Shown in pieces: positions 12,497 through 24,932 of a stretch of 64,000 nucleotides of DNA. Source of the stretch: Monocercomonoides exilis PA203 (taxonomy: Eukaryota > Protista > Preaxostyla); the NCBI GenBank assembly GCA_001643675.2, contig LSRY02000032.1, positions 992,001-1,056,000 on the forward strand, read 5' to 3'. Positions within the stretch are counted from its first letter, which is position 1; the number at the start of each line of letters is the position of its first letter. Position numbers and translations under genes: made by a program. The notes beneath the pieces are model-generated. The model ran no database searches. It was not told the origin of the DNA and worked only from the letters and a program-made list of their open reading frames with translations.

Positions 12497-12709
12497 ATAT
12501 GGCTGATCCTTTTTAAAATCATACTTTCGTTCCAGTTTTGATCAAAATTTCTGTCTCAATGGGATTTTTATGAAAATGTTTATCTGATATAACAACATCA
12601 TGAATAAGATGCATTTTCAGTTTAAGCTCAATTTTTCAAAATCCCATTGAGAAAAAAATTTTGATTAAAACTCGAACGAAAGTATGATTTCAAAAAGGAT
12701 CAGCCATAT
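12497..12709. mobile_element. ~210-bp fold-back (MITE-like) element, copy 2
   Basis: ATATGGCTGATCCTTTTTAAAATCATACTTTCGTTCCAG...CTCAATGGGATTTT (12497-12569) is inverted relative to AAAATCCCATTGAG...GAAAGTATGATTTCAAAAAGGATCAGCCATAT (~12638-12709). Homologous to 370-575. Confidence 0.7.
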
Positions 12710-13400
12710 CAGTTAATTTTTGATAAATTTGATATCACAATATACATGGTTGAACATAATCACATTACTAAAAAGTCAAATTCATACAAATAATTACATA
12801 AATAATTTTTTTTATATGGAGAAACTATAAAGCATTTTATCATGAATTTCAAAACAACAATCAATTATCTCATTACATCCATAATTGCTCAATTTCATTT
12901 TCATAATGACGTATTTTTCATCATTCATATTTTATCATTTTTTCATTTTTTTTCTGCAATATATTTTCTTTATTTTTCGAATAATATTTATTTTTTTTTA
13001 TTATTATATTTTCTCATTTTTCATTTTTTCGCATTTTCAGTTTTCCTTTTCTTCTTCTTTTTCTTTCTAACTATCAAATTATTCAATTTCATCTCTATTC
13101 TTTGATTTTCTTTGCTTATTTTTTCGCATTAATTACCCAAAATTCGTTCCCATTTTTAATAATATTTCTTATTCAAGTTTTTAACGTTGAGAAATACATT
13201 TTCGTGAAAGCAATAAACAGTTCTTATAACGTGTGATTAAAATTCTTTTTATATAAGTTAGTTATATCATTTGTTTAATATTGAATATATTCGTTCATTG
13301 TTTTTTGTAACAGATTGGAAGTTACATTGTTGCAAAAATACATATTTAATCATACAAATAACTAAGGAATTTTGCAATTTTTTTCAAGGAAAAGGAGGCA

Positions 13401-15020
13401 ATGTTTAGCAGTTTGCTATATATTTAATTTTATTTAATAATATCATCTTTTTTTAATGAAGGATCGTTATTATTGGTTGTTTCAAAAGATCACCCATCTA
13501 TTAAAGACTATGATTCTCTTTCCTTTGATATTCAACATGCAGATATTGAGACCTTGATAACTGGCTTCACTTCAACAATAACTTCGCAAATTGAAAAAAT
13601 ATTGGAATCTGGAACAGCTGAAATAAGATCAAAATTTTATCCGTCACTTTTACAAATAATAGCGAAAATATCTAGATCTCTTAAAGAAGGAGAAACACAC
13701 CCTCTTTATTCGAGATTTTCAAGAGGTAATTTGTTGAATATGATGATATCGTCAATTGTTGGAACACGTCAAGATATTATACCAACAGCAGAAATTGTAT
13801 GCTCGACAGCTCATCTTCTTAAAGCACAAACAACAACAGAGACCGTTATATTAAAACTTACAGCACATCTTCGAAGCATCATTGAAGAACATATTGAAGA
13901 AAAAGAGATAACAGAAAAAGTAATAGAAGCTGTGCATGGAATTGGTTATTTGGGAGAAGTTTCAAGTATGACAAGTCCCTGTTGATAACTTCAAACTTGA
14001 TTTTTTTTTTATTTTCAAACAATAATGTACTATTTTGAAAATGTTTAACTCACAGCTTCAAGAAGCATTATTATTCATGTGGGAATTCATTCGATTTTAT
14101 ATCCGTTGATTGTTCACCCTTCACTATCTGTTACAAATGCTGCTTATTATTCACTTTACTTACTTTCAAACGGTAATAACTCCATTGGATATGACCTTGT
14201 TCAACAAGGAATAACAACAAAATTGTGTCAACTGTTCCGACAGACGTTATCCGATACTTTTAAGCTGAGAGACAAGAAAACGGAGAATCTTGACAAAATT
14301 TCGACAGAAGAAAAAACAGTCAATTTGAATGACGAGGTCGATGGGTTCTCCCATCTGAAGAGAATGCAATGCTTAACAAGCGCAGCTCTTAGCCTTCTCC
14401 GAAGGATGTTGAAAGAATACCATCACATGCGCGAAAGTTTTGCAAATTCTTCAGATTTGCTGGAACAAATGGTTAATTTGACTTCGTATTCATCGCTTAC
14501 TTTGCTGTCTCCGCACTGCCCAGATGCTCATCAGAGGCACGCTGCATTCTTTCCTTCGAAATGGGACAGATGGATGATTCTGTCAATCAACTTCTTTGCA
14601 ACAGAAGCCTCATCAGAGATGATATTGAAAACAACAGAAAGAGAGGTATTTAACGTTTTGAGTGTTGACTTGAGCCAAATTTCACCTGACTTTTCGAACC
14701 ATATCCCGATTACTGTTGATCCAATGAAAATTCTTGCTCGCTCTGGAATTTGCTCGTTGGCAATGAGTTTATTTGAACAGCTGGCTGAAGAGAATTATGT
14801 TCGTCTTTGTGCATTCGAAACAGTGAGAAGTCTTCTTATGTCATTAGACAAAGAAAAGACGTTCATAGAAAAAGGATTATCCAACTACTTGTGGACGCTG
14901 TCTGAAGAAACAGGAGCAGAAGACTTGCTTTTGATGGATTTTGTGAAAGTTAAAAAGGGAGAATTTCGAAGTGCTTATGTTATCCTTCAGAAAGGGAAAA
15001 AAGATGGAATTTTTATTTGA
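13401..15020 (+). CDS. Hypothetical alpha-helical (ARM/HEAT-like) protein, at least 3 exons
   Basis: ORFs 13473-13985 and 14079-15020 join in frame through a GTATGA...CACAG intron. A short first exon ATGTTTAGCA|GT...AG joins in frame upstream. Amphipathic-helix, ARM-like pattern (HGIGYLG, AAYYSLYLLSNGN). The start is uncertain. Confidence 0.6.
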
Positions 15021-15832
15021 ATGATATTTATGAAATGAGTGATGAGAAAAAATTATGTTATTATTGTTTATTGATTTTTACTATCAAAATATGCTCATTT
15101 TTATTGTTATAAATTATAAATGAATGCTATTCTACAATTAGTAGAATTTTTTATTGAAGATTTCATTTCAAAATTCGGAGTTAAGTTTGTCTGAAACAAT
15201 AAAAAAATATGTATTTGTAACATCAGAAATACTTCTGCAAAGTTATGTTATTAATTGTTTTGTATGTTTGACTCAAATTTATGTTCAACTATCTGTCAGA
15301 ACGAATATCCCATTCAAAACACAGGATTAAAATATGTTAAACAATAGCAATAATTAGGAAAAATGAACATTCCACATTTCGTATCAACGCACAATTTCAC
15401 TTCTCTGTTAGCAAAAATGAAATGAAAGAAGTTTTTAAATTTCAGTTAAGTGAGATGATATAGAAAATACGTTGGAGTGAAATTTGTAAACATAAACATT
15501 TTAAATGCATATCGGAAAACATTCAAAAAAAGATAAAACTTAAACGAAAAGCGAAAAATCATAAAACATTAGAGAGAACTACAACATTTCAATAACAAAC
15601 ATAATCAACTCATAATTCTCGACTAAGAGATGAATTTACCAAAACAATAGACATTATGTCCCTATTTGACGAATAAGTGAGGAATGAATTCAAGAATGAA
15701 TGACAGAATAACAAGTCATATGCAATCAAGTGATTTTTGATATAAGTTGCGAAGTGAAACATTGATTCCATCAAATATAAATTTTTTTGTTAATCAAAAC
15801 AAAAATATAAAAATAAAAAGAAGAATATTTTG

Positions 15833-18466
15833 TTATATGAAGAGTCGATATAAAAGATAAACAGCAAACTGATCAATCATCTTGCACTTGCTTGCAATGT
15901 CGAACTTTCGAGACTCCTCAACACTTTTCTCGCTGTTGAGAATGTCATTCATCATTCGGCAGATTGCTGCATACAAATTGGATATTTTTGTGTAATTCTG
16001 TACAAAGAAAAAGAGAATAAAAAGATAGAGGAAAAAAATGTGAAAAATTTGAGTAAAAAATTATATAACAAAATGAATTTCAACAAAATGCTCCTCATCA
16101 GACAAAAATTGTTCATAAATTGTTTCTTTTAAAAAAGATCGTCCTTTCAATACAACACAACACGCAAGTATTTGATTAACATCAGATGTTTTTCTTTTTC
16201 ATAGCCACTGTTTTTTTGTGTGTTCATCCTCTCATTCAGAAACACACCCTGTGTATAATTTTCAGCCCAGCTTGCACAGCCAGCTCTGGTGATTCAGAAT
16301 CGACAGGCGCTTCTGACTCACGCTGTGCAACAGCTGTCATGTGAATAGCATCTTTGTATATTCTACCCAGCCTCTCTTCAGCTTGGATGCATTCACCAAG
16401 AAGATGCTTGATATCGCTGATTGTCTGAGAAAGAACATAAAATTCATGCAAAAATACAATTTTTGAAAGCACAATGTGAATATGTTGCAATTGAAATTAT
16501 TTTAACAACCATTTTGAAATTTTGAAATAACAACTCTTTATCTTTTATTTCCATGTTCAATTTTTTCATCCAGCATCATACCTTCTCCATATCTGCCCTC
16601 TGGTTCGATATGTTGCTGTGCATCTCGCATATCTTCTTCACATAATCTGTACGTGAGTTCTGCTTGTTGATGCTGTCGTACTCTGACTGAGCCTGCTGAT
16701 ACAGCAGCTGCTTCGTCTTCAGCTCCTCTGAAACAGCAGCCAGCCCCTTCCGCACCTCTGCCAGCTGCGTCTTCGCCTGGTGGTGCAGACTCCGCTCGCC
16801 TCGACTGGAAATGAGCGCTTGTTGATACTGCTGCACCCACCCACTCCTCACGCTGTCCCATTCGCTTGCAGAGTTGCGAATCTGAATGGGGATTGAAACA
16901 ACAGCAGAACAAAAAGATATTTGATTATTAAAACAAATGATATGAATAAAAAAAGAAGGCATTAAAAATAGAATATCCATTATTCGCATATATAGATAAA
17001 GCAAGACATACATTTTCCATCAAGTAAGTGTTCATCTTCTGCAGATCTTCAACAGATCGCTCTGGATCGTCCATGAAGCCAGTCAGCAGCGTTGCAAAGT
17101 CCAAGCTCTGTGACAGCTCGTCGTGCTGCTGCTTTTTGACCTCTTTCTTCAGATGCAGCCGATCGCGCCGCCGCAGCTGAATGTCCGTCTGCCTGATGAC
17201 ATCAGCTGCTTCGCTGCCCAGTTTCACCAGCTCTGCCTGCAAGTCATCAATCATCTTCTGCATCTCCGCTGGCGACTTTCTTGGCTTCCCGTCTTTGTCG
17301 ACTCCTTCCATCTCGATGTCGAATGCCTCGTCGTCCTCACTCTCCTCCTCGCTCTCCTCTTCTTCCTCAATCGCCTCCAGCTCCGATTCCACCTCTGACC
17401 GCGTGAAGACACAGCGTCCAGACGCGTCCTCTGACATCCCGTCCTGCAGAATATCATTCTCGGTCAGCCCAAGCATCGCCAGCCGCCGGGCACGCTGGAT
17501 CCGCTTCAGGGCCTCCCTCCGCTCCTGCTTCACACGTGCCATCGTCCGCGTCCGCCACTCCTCCAGCTCCTCAAACGTCATCGCAACTGGCGCCTCCTCT
17601 TCTGGCTGGAACATCACAGACCGCTGGAAACGAGTCAGGCGTATTCGACTTCGCTTTTTCGGCTTTTCGAGTTTCAGAAGTTCATCGTCTTCTGACAAGC
17701 TCTTTTTCTTACTCAGGTCAGTGTCGCCAATTGTGAAATGTTTAAGTCCTTTAACGACACACCGAAGTGCATTGGGAACAAGATCAGGTAAAGCATGAGG
17801 ATGATATTTTCCTAGATCTGCCCAATAATCTCGCAAAGATAGATTTGTTTTAATCATGTGAGGGTGAGTGAAGTGTCTATTAAATTGAGGACGAATTTGA
17901 CTTTGCTGAATCGCTGGTACTACCCAAGGAATTGTCATTGTACTTTTCAATGCATCTTTCACCTCGTCCAATATGCTTAAATCTGAAACAAACAACATAA
18001 AACAAGTTAGTAAACAATATCTCAACAATGAATGAAAAAAATTAACCCGAATCAGAAAAATCTCGCTCGGATTGATCAGTCGAAGGTAATCTTTCAAGAA
18101 GAAATGATAAATATTCACGAATTTCCGAAGCATTTGGATAAAGAAAATGATGAAATTCACATTCATTGTAATACCCCGCTTTCTAAAATGATATAAAGTT
18201 TTTGGATTGAAAAATACTCAAAAAGTTAAAAATTGAAAAAATACCTTCATTTGATTGGATATTATCGAACTATGCTCCACTCTTCTAATAGCATCTGCAG
18301 GCACTAAAACTGGAAGCTCTATGGATTTGTCAATAATGTTAAGAACTACCGCACAGCAATGCATCAATAGCTCAGGGGTAAAATCCGTGCAAGATTTGAT
18401 TTTTTCATCTATTGCACAACCAACCTGACGCAACGTCATTATAGTAATTGCGTCCGCTTCCTCCAT
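15833..18466 (-). CDS. CCDC22: CCDC22 (CCC/Commander complex subunit), multi-exon
   Basis: The N-terminus MEEADAITIMTLRQVGC...FTPELL and exon 2 GYYNECEFHHFLYPNASEIREYLSFLLERLP match the CCDC22 NN-CH domain. The C-terminal coiled coil has WDSVR and RTDYVKKICEMHSNISNQRADMEK. The 3' end is uncertain. Confidence 0.85.
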
Positions 18467-18657
18467 GATATATTACACTCTCAATCCTTTGAGAAAGCGA
18501 TTGATTTCAATAAAACAATGAATCATGGGTTTTGGATCAGCTTTTCTTTCAAACAAAAAATGTATTCTATCTTTTAGAGTCTGAATTGTGAAGTGAAATT
18601 TTTAGACAAAAATTTTTTTTATTTAATAAAAAATATATTTATCAAAATGTTTTGTAA

Positions 18658-21600
18658 TCAATGCATCATTGATACAGTTTTAATGATTTCCATGTGAACT
18701 CTTGCCACGCTTTCAGAAGGTATCTGCCCAACAAACGAAACCAAAGTGTCTGCCCGTTCTTTGAGATTAGCAAGATGCTGTTGAGCATTCAAGCTGCTGC
18801 TCTTTAGTGAAGAAACTTTCTGTTCAGTGAGAATAGAATTGTATCTGGAAGATATTGTGTTCACCGCCAATGAAAGGATGCCTGATATATTGCGGGAGAG
18901 GCAAGGGAGCAGGTAATTCGACAAAAGTTCTGTTTTCGCAGCGATTTCAGCAGAACTCCGGGGCAAAATGCCTGAGTCATCCAGACACTGCAGGGCAAGC
19001 GCATAGTTCTGCTTCTTCGCCTCGTCAGACGCCTGTGCGATTTTGACAGCTGAAATGATAGAAGCACGCAGAAGAGCCACACGAGGAGAAGAAGAAGAGG
19101 AAGAAGAGGAAGAATTAGAAGAAGGAGGCTGAGTGAGGTAAGTCCTCAATATTCTGAGGATGTTTTCTCTGTGTGGGTGAGTACCCGGAGGGGAGAGGAG
19201 GCAGGGGGTGAGACATTCAGAAGCCAAAGAGTATGCTCTTTCTTCTTCGCCCTGTGAGTAGAAGAGAAGAAGACGCAGTGCCAGTGCAGGGCGCCCTTCG
19301 TCTGCACAGCGCTCGGCAGAGAGGGAGGAGAGGAGGCTGCAGACAGAAGAAGGGAAGAGGGAGAAGAGGATGCCACGGGGTTGGGAAGGGTGAATTGTCA
19401 AAGAAGAAGAGGAAGAAGATGTTGTTGAATCTAAATCAGAAAGAGAAGAAGAAGAAGAAGAAGAAGAAGAATTAGAGATAAATGAACCAAAGAGAGCGTC
19501 ATATTCATTGGAGGATGTCACAATCTCCAGTGCGAAGAGGACGGAAGGGTCGCGTCGGGTGAGGAACGGCTGGGGATGGGCAGAGGCAGCATAGGCAAGG
19601 GCATACTGTGGATGGGAACTGAGCAAGCGCTGGCAGTATGCCCTGCTCAATGCAGCTGGCTTCACAAACAGAAGAGAAGATTCAGCAGATGCTGTTGAAG
19701 TGGTAGAGGAGGAAGAAGAGGAAGAGGAAGGAGAAGAAGAGGAGGAGGAAGAAAGGGCAGATCGGCCAAATGCTGAGGAAGCATTCAAAGATGGTTGAAC
19801 AAGCGATGAAGACAAGTTCTGCTTAGAGACGAGCAGTGATTGTGCAGCGATGTCAGCCACAGAGCGAGCAGTTGTGTACATCGATGAAGCATTCACCCCT
19901 CCTTGTTCTCCTCTTTCGATGCAGCCACTCTGAGGCAATCCACCCAGCATCACATCTTCTGCCTCGTAGTCTTCGTTCAGAAGGCCGTAGAAGCTGAGAC
20001 ACCGCTGCAGATGCACAGCCCCACAGAGCAGCTCAGCCGAGCGTGAATTCACCAGAACAGACGCAGCGTCGCTGGTTGTGCTCACATCACCAAATGAAGA
20101 TGACTCAAAAGATGAAGAAGAAGAAGAAGAAGAAGAGGCAAGCGACTGAAGAAGTGGGTCTATCTCAGAAAGAGCAGAGACAGCCAGCTCGAACTGCTGG
20201 GTGGCTATCAATGACTGCACAAAGGGCCATTTATTTGTGCCACTCAGATCATACTGCGATCTGCTTGAGACATTCACCATCTGTGCGAGTGAGGAGAGAG
20301 TGTTGATGGGAGAAGAAGAAGTAGACGGCGTCGTTAATGAGGATGAGGATGAGGTCATTGCAGAAGCAGAGGCAGAGGCAGAAGCAGAAGAAGAAACAGG
20401 CTGAGCCATTGAGCCAGTCAGGAAGGCTGTTGTTAGATCTTCTTCTCTGCTGACCATCAGCAGCCTTGACCAGAGGAAGTCCTGCCGAGTGGCAAAGGGA
20501 AATGGGGTTGTTCTGGTTGACTCTTTCCTTCCAATCACTTGGAACACAGCCACTTTGTACAGATCCTTCTCATCAGCTATGGCTCTCCCGCTGTTCGAAG
20601 AAGAAGAAGAAGATGATGATGAAGAGCCCCATGCAGCATCCAGCTTGTGCTGAGCAGACAAAGAGAGCGAGTTGTTGTTGTGGAGGTAGTCGACGAGCAG
20701 TTGCAGGCACAGCGAGGCGTCCGGGTCTGTGTGTGGAGAGAGTGTGCTGATTGCCTCCAGCGACGACGGCAGCTCAAAGGCAGGAGAAGACACAGCAGAG
20801 ACAGTCGGCTCGCTCAGCAGGGCAACAGCATCTAGCAGACGCCCACTCCGCAGGCAGAAATAGACCAATGGCCAAAGGGGCAGCCCGTCTGCTGTGAAGC
20901 ATTGCAGCGCCAGCGGCCACTCGGCTTCTCTGTGTGCCCCCACTTGCGTCATCGTGAGCATTGCTCCTCCTTCTGGGCTGATAGCCTTGTCGAGGGGAGT
21001 CAGTGCCAGCGGGGCGAAGGAGACAGACGAGGGCTGCTGGATGAGTGTGGAGCATCCTCTGTGCTTGATGCTGCAGAAGGCAGAGGCGCAGCTGATGAAC
21101 GTCTGCTGGTCGCCTCTCCGTGGGCTGTGTGTGCTTGGCGGGTGTGCCACGACTGCTGCCATCATCGCAGAGAACTGCTCTTCAAAGAACTCAGCGGCAC
21201 CCAGAATGAGCCCTCTCTGCAGTCTGAAGGCATCACTCACGAGAGAGGCATGGGCTGTGGCAGAAGAAGAAGAAGAAGAGGAAGAAAGAGAAGAAGAAGC
21301 TTCTCCACAGACAACTGGAAGAGACAGAGGCGACAAAGAGAAAGGAAGCAGTGTGCGGTCAGAATAGTCGCCAGTCAGCTTCGCAGAGGAAGAGCGCAGA
21401 AGATGAGGAAAATTCGACTCTATTCCGAAAAGAGGAGAGCTGCTTGAGACTTCATTTGGAGCAGCAAAGGCGCGGTTGAAGTAGCGATATGGAACAGCAT
21501 CGAGAGAGACAGGAGTGCTGAAGGAAAAAAAGAAATAATAATAATAATAATAACATCACGAATATAAAAGGAATGAATTTTAAAGGTTTAAAATAATAGG

Positions 21601-22570
21601 ATTATATTCCAGGATGAAAAAAACAAAATGAGAACAATTAAAAAATAAACAGTTTTATACCCTCCCATATAGCTGGCTGCCCTTTTTATCATTGATGCCA
21701 GCAAATTAAATGTATCAGTCATATCAACTCTCATCTACAAAAAAAAAGTTCATCAAAAATTCACAAAGAATAATTAATTTTAATAATTAAGAGGAAATAT
21801 CAAACTCTTTCTGTCTCGTTCATTTCATTTGTTGAAGATAAAATTCGAATTGTTTCAGGAAGAATAGGAAATAAAAAAGGTTCTATAGAAGCTGCATTAG
21901 CTTGCCCATTCATTGCTTTTTCAAGAAACGGAAGACGACGTTCGCAATAACGAGTTATTAAATTAGCGAAGCCCATCACGCGAGGCGTCAACTCCTTTCC
22001 CCTTTTCAGGAAATCTGAACCACTATCAGATTCAAGATCGGCTTCATATCCTACTCAAAACAAAAGGAGGAAGTAAAACAATTTAATAAAATCTTATAAA
22101 ATTTTATACCTCCAAAAAAGCCATTTGAAAATGATGAACCTCCAGTTGTTCCAGAATGAATTCCCAATTGGCGTAATATTTCTGCCTTTGAATTGTTCCA
22201 TTCAGTTGCCATGGTCATATTTGAAAAGTCAAGATAAGATTGTATAGACTATTTAAGTCAAAAAATTGAAAAATATTTATCTTTATAAAAAAATTCAAAT
22301 AAAAACCATTTGATTGGCTTCTTCAACTGCTGATAAAACAATCATATCATGAGCGTATTGCAATGATTCTTCCAGTCCAACCGATTGGAATTCTTCTTGT
22401 GGAGTGACATGAGAAAATACTTCAATATCCCCAAGGTTGCGAGCAGCCTTGATAGGATCGACGCCTTTTGAAGCAAAGAATCGTTGACTAATTTAATAAA
22501 ACAATTGCAGAATTAATTTAATATGTTATTAATAAATATAAAATGAGATATACGCTTTATGAACACTCAT
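18658..22570 (-). CDS. NUP93: Nucleoporin Nup93/Nic96, multi-exon with a 2.9-kb last exon
   Basis: N-terminal KAQRFFASKGVDP...HDMIVLSAVEEAN, and body motifs PLWPLVYFCLRSG, DLYKVAVFQVIGR, TRQDFLWSRL, LIATQQFELAV and AVHL...YGLL are typical of Nic96/Nup93. Many poly-Ser inserts. Confidence 0.85.
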
Positions 22571-22739
22571 GAATTGATCTACTGATCAAAGAAATCTTTA
22601 TTATGCTACAAGTTTTTTTTTTTAGAAAAAATCATAATTCAACTCAAACACTTTATGAAGTTGTTGTTATTTTATTTCAAATAAGGAAAGATTTAATATT
22701 GTAATTAAAATGCAATCGAGTTCAACAAAAATTTTATTT

Positions 22740-24864
22740 TTAATTCAACAATTTATCAAGTTCATTTACAAGATTGTCGAAGTCCTTAAGACCATCAATA
22801 AATGGCTGAGGGGTGGTGAGGTCAACTCCAGCATCTTTAATGATGTCTATGGGATCTTTTGATCTTCCAGCCTTTGAAAGGTTGATGAAATAGTTTTTGA
22901 TTTAAAATAAAAAACAATGAAAATGTTTCAAACCTTCAGAAGTCCGAAGTATTTTTCAGTTGCTTCTGCATCGCCAGCCAATATTTTTTTAGCGATTAAT
23001 TCGGAAACGCACATCGAAGTTGCGTATTTGTATACATAGAAATTGAGGAAAAAGTGGGGCACTCTCATAAACTCATATGCAATTCGTGGATCTGCCTTCA
23101 ATACATGAGGGAATTCAGGTTCTTTGAGCAAAAACAAAAAAGAAAAATAAAAAAATTTGAAAGAAAAAGAAAGAAAGAAAGAAAGAAAGAAAGAAATTCA
23201 TTAAGAAAACAAAACACTTTATGATAATTTCCAAACTTCCATCTTTGACTAGGCACTGGTCTCCATAGTACACATCATTGATGTCCTTGTACAGTTTGGT
23301 TAGTGAGTCTGGCGTGAGTGGCTCGCCTTTCTCAGCCATTCTGTGCACGGCCAGATCAAACTCTGCGAACTGTATTTGTCGGATGACTGTTCCTTTGTAG
23401 TTGTCGCACTTGTTGTAGACGAGGCTGATCTCCATCTCTTTGTTCCCCTCTTTCCTCGCTTTGTCCAGCAGATACTGGTTGAGCAGCGCCTCGTTCAGCG
23501 TCGACGCTATCTCAGCCACCGCCAGCGAGTAGTGCGCCGTGTGGTAGGGCTGTGCCATGGACGAGTAGTATCCGTGCATCGAATGGCCCAGCTCATGCAT
23601 CATCGTAAAGGCAGCATCGAGCGTGTCGTTGTAGTTCAGGCACATGTAGTGTTTCTTCCGATAGTTGAATATCGAGCACGCATTCGACCTCTTCCCTTTC
23701 GTCTCATACACATCTGCCCACCGCTCTCCTCCCACCAGCGCCTTCCGCGCCACCTCACAATACTCTTCGCCCAGCGGCTTCAGCGCCTCCAGCGACCACT
23801 CCACAGCCTGCTCGTAGGGCACCTTGAGCTCGTAGTCCTTCACCAGCGGCACATACAAGTCGTACATGTCGAGCGAGGGAAGCTTCATGACACGCTGCCG
23901 CACAGCCAGATAGCGGTGGAAGGAGGGAAGCGATTGGTGCATTGCTTCAATAAGCGACGTGTACACAGACAACGGGATGTTATCTTTAAACAAAGAACGC
24001 TCAACACAGCTCGGATACTTGTAAGCCTTTGCATAGAACACTTCACTTTTTATCTGGCCATCAAGCATGCAACATATTGTATTCTTGTTGGATACTAGTG
24101 AGTCATGCATACAACCCCATGCCTTTTTTCTAGTCTCTCGATCAAATGACTCTAAAAACCTGCGATAATTGCCGCGAGTCAATTGCTCAGATTCTCCTTT
24201 TTCATTTGTAATCACTGAAAATGTAATATCAGCATCCATTAACATGGTATAAGATTTTTTGCTTGCTGATAGTGCAGGATCTGCACTCGAAATCAACTTT
24301 TCCTCAAGAGCAGATAATGTGTGAGGCTTAAATCGAACAATTGTATCAAATTTTCGGAGCCATTTTTGCATTCCTTCGAATTCTCTATATTCCTTTAGTT
24401 TTTCGTCTGGAAGACTGAGTAATTCTGGTTCTATCCAAGACTCCTTTGAATCTATTTCAGCAGATTTTACAGTAAGGGAAGAATCCATTCCTTGAGCTTC
24501 GCTGTCTCCATTATCTTCGAACAAACGTATCGATGAATAAACATCTAGATAATGTAGTTTCAGAGAAACTTCATCGCAAATTCGAAATACTTCAATAACC
24601 TTTTCCGGTCCTTCGTGAAGGTGGCCTTCAAACGATTCAAGTGGCTTTACCATGTCATCCAATTTGTTTACGTCTTCTTTCCATTCTTCCAATGAAGAAT
24701 AATTGCTTTAAGCAAAAATTGTGTTATCATATCAAAAGAAATTTAACATGAAAAATAGATAAAATATCTTTCATTCTAACATACCATTTGTCATCCCATT
24801 TATATTTTTCATCTATTTCAGAACGAAGAGGAAGCGTTTTCACAGCCGATGAAGATTTCGACAT
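22740..24864 (-). CDS. pepF: Oligoendopeptidase F (peptidase M3B), bacterial-type, 4 exons
   Basis: N-terminal LPLRSEIDEKYKWD, WADVYETKGKRSNA, zinc motif HELGHSMH, VAEIASTLNE, RQIQFAEF, RVPHFFLNFYVYKYATS and C-terminal DIIKDAGVDLTTP. Three GT-AG introns. Confidence 0.92.
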
Positions 24865-24932
24865 TCTGTTGTAAAACTAACAATAATTTTTTGATCGTTG
24901 ACCCATTGTCTTGTGCATCAAATTCTCAAACA
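24865..24932. promoter_or_regulatory. Putative 68-bp bidirectional promoter region between pepF and the PKS
   Basis: Head-to-head ATGs at 24864 (-) and 24933 (+). This depends on the inferred PKS micro-exon 1. No promoter motif was verified. Confidence 0.4.

Noticed and set aside
12842-13105. Phe/Ile-rich ORFs as membrane proteins
   Set aside because: They arise from T-rich low-complexity intergenic sequence.
15880-15900. Possible GC-AG donor (GCAAGT) near the CCDC22 3' end
   Set aside because: I could not find a convincing downstream acceptor or terminal exon, so it is unsupported without RNA-seq.
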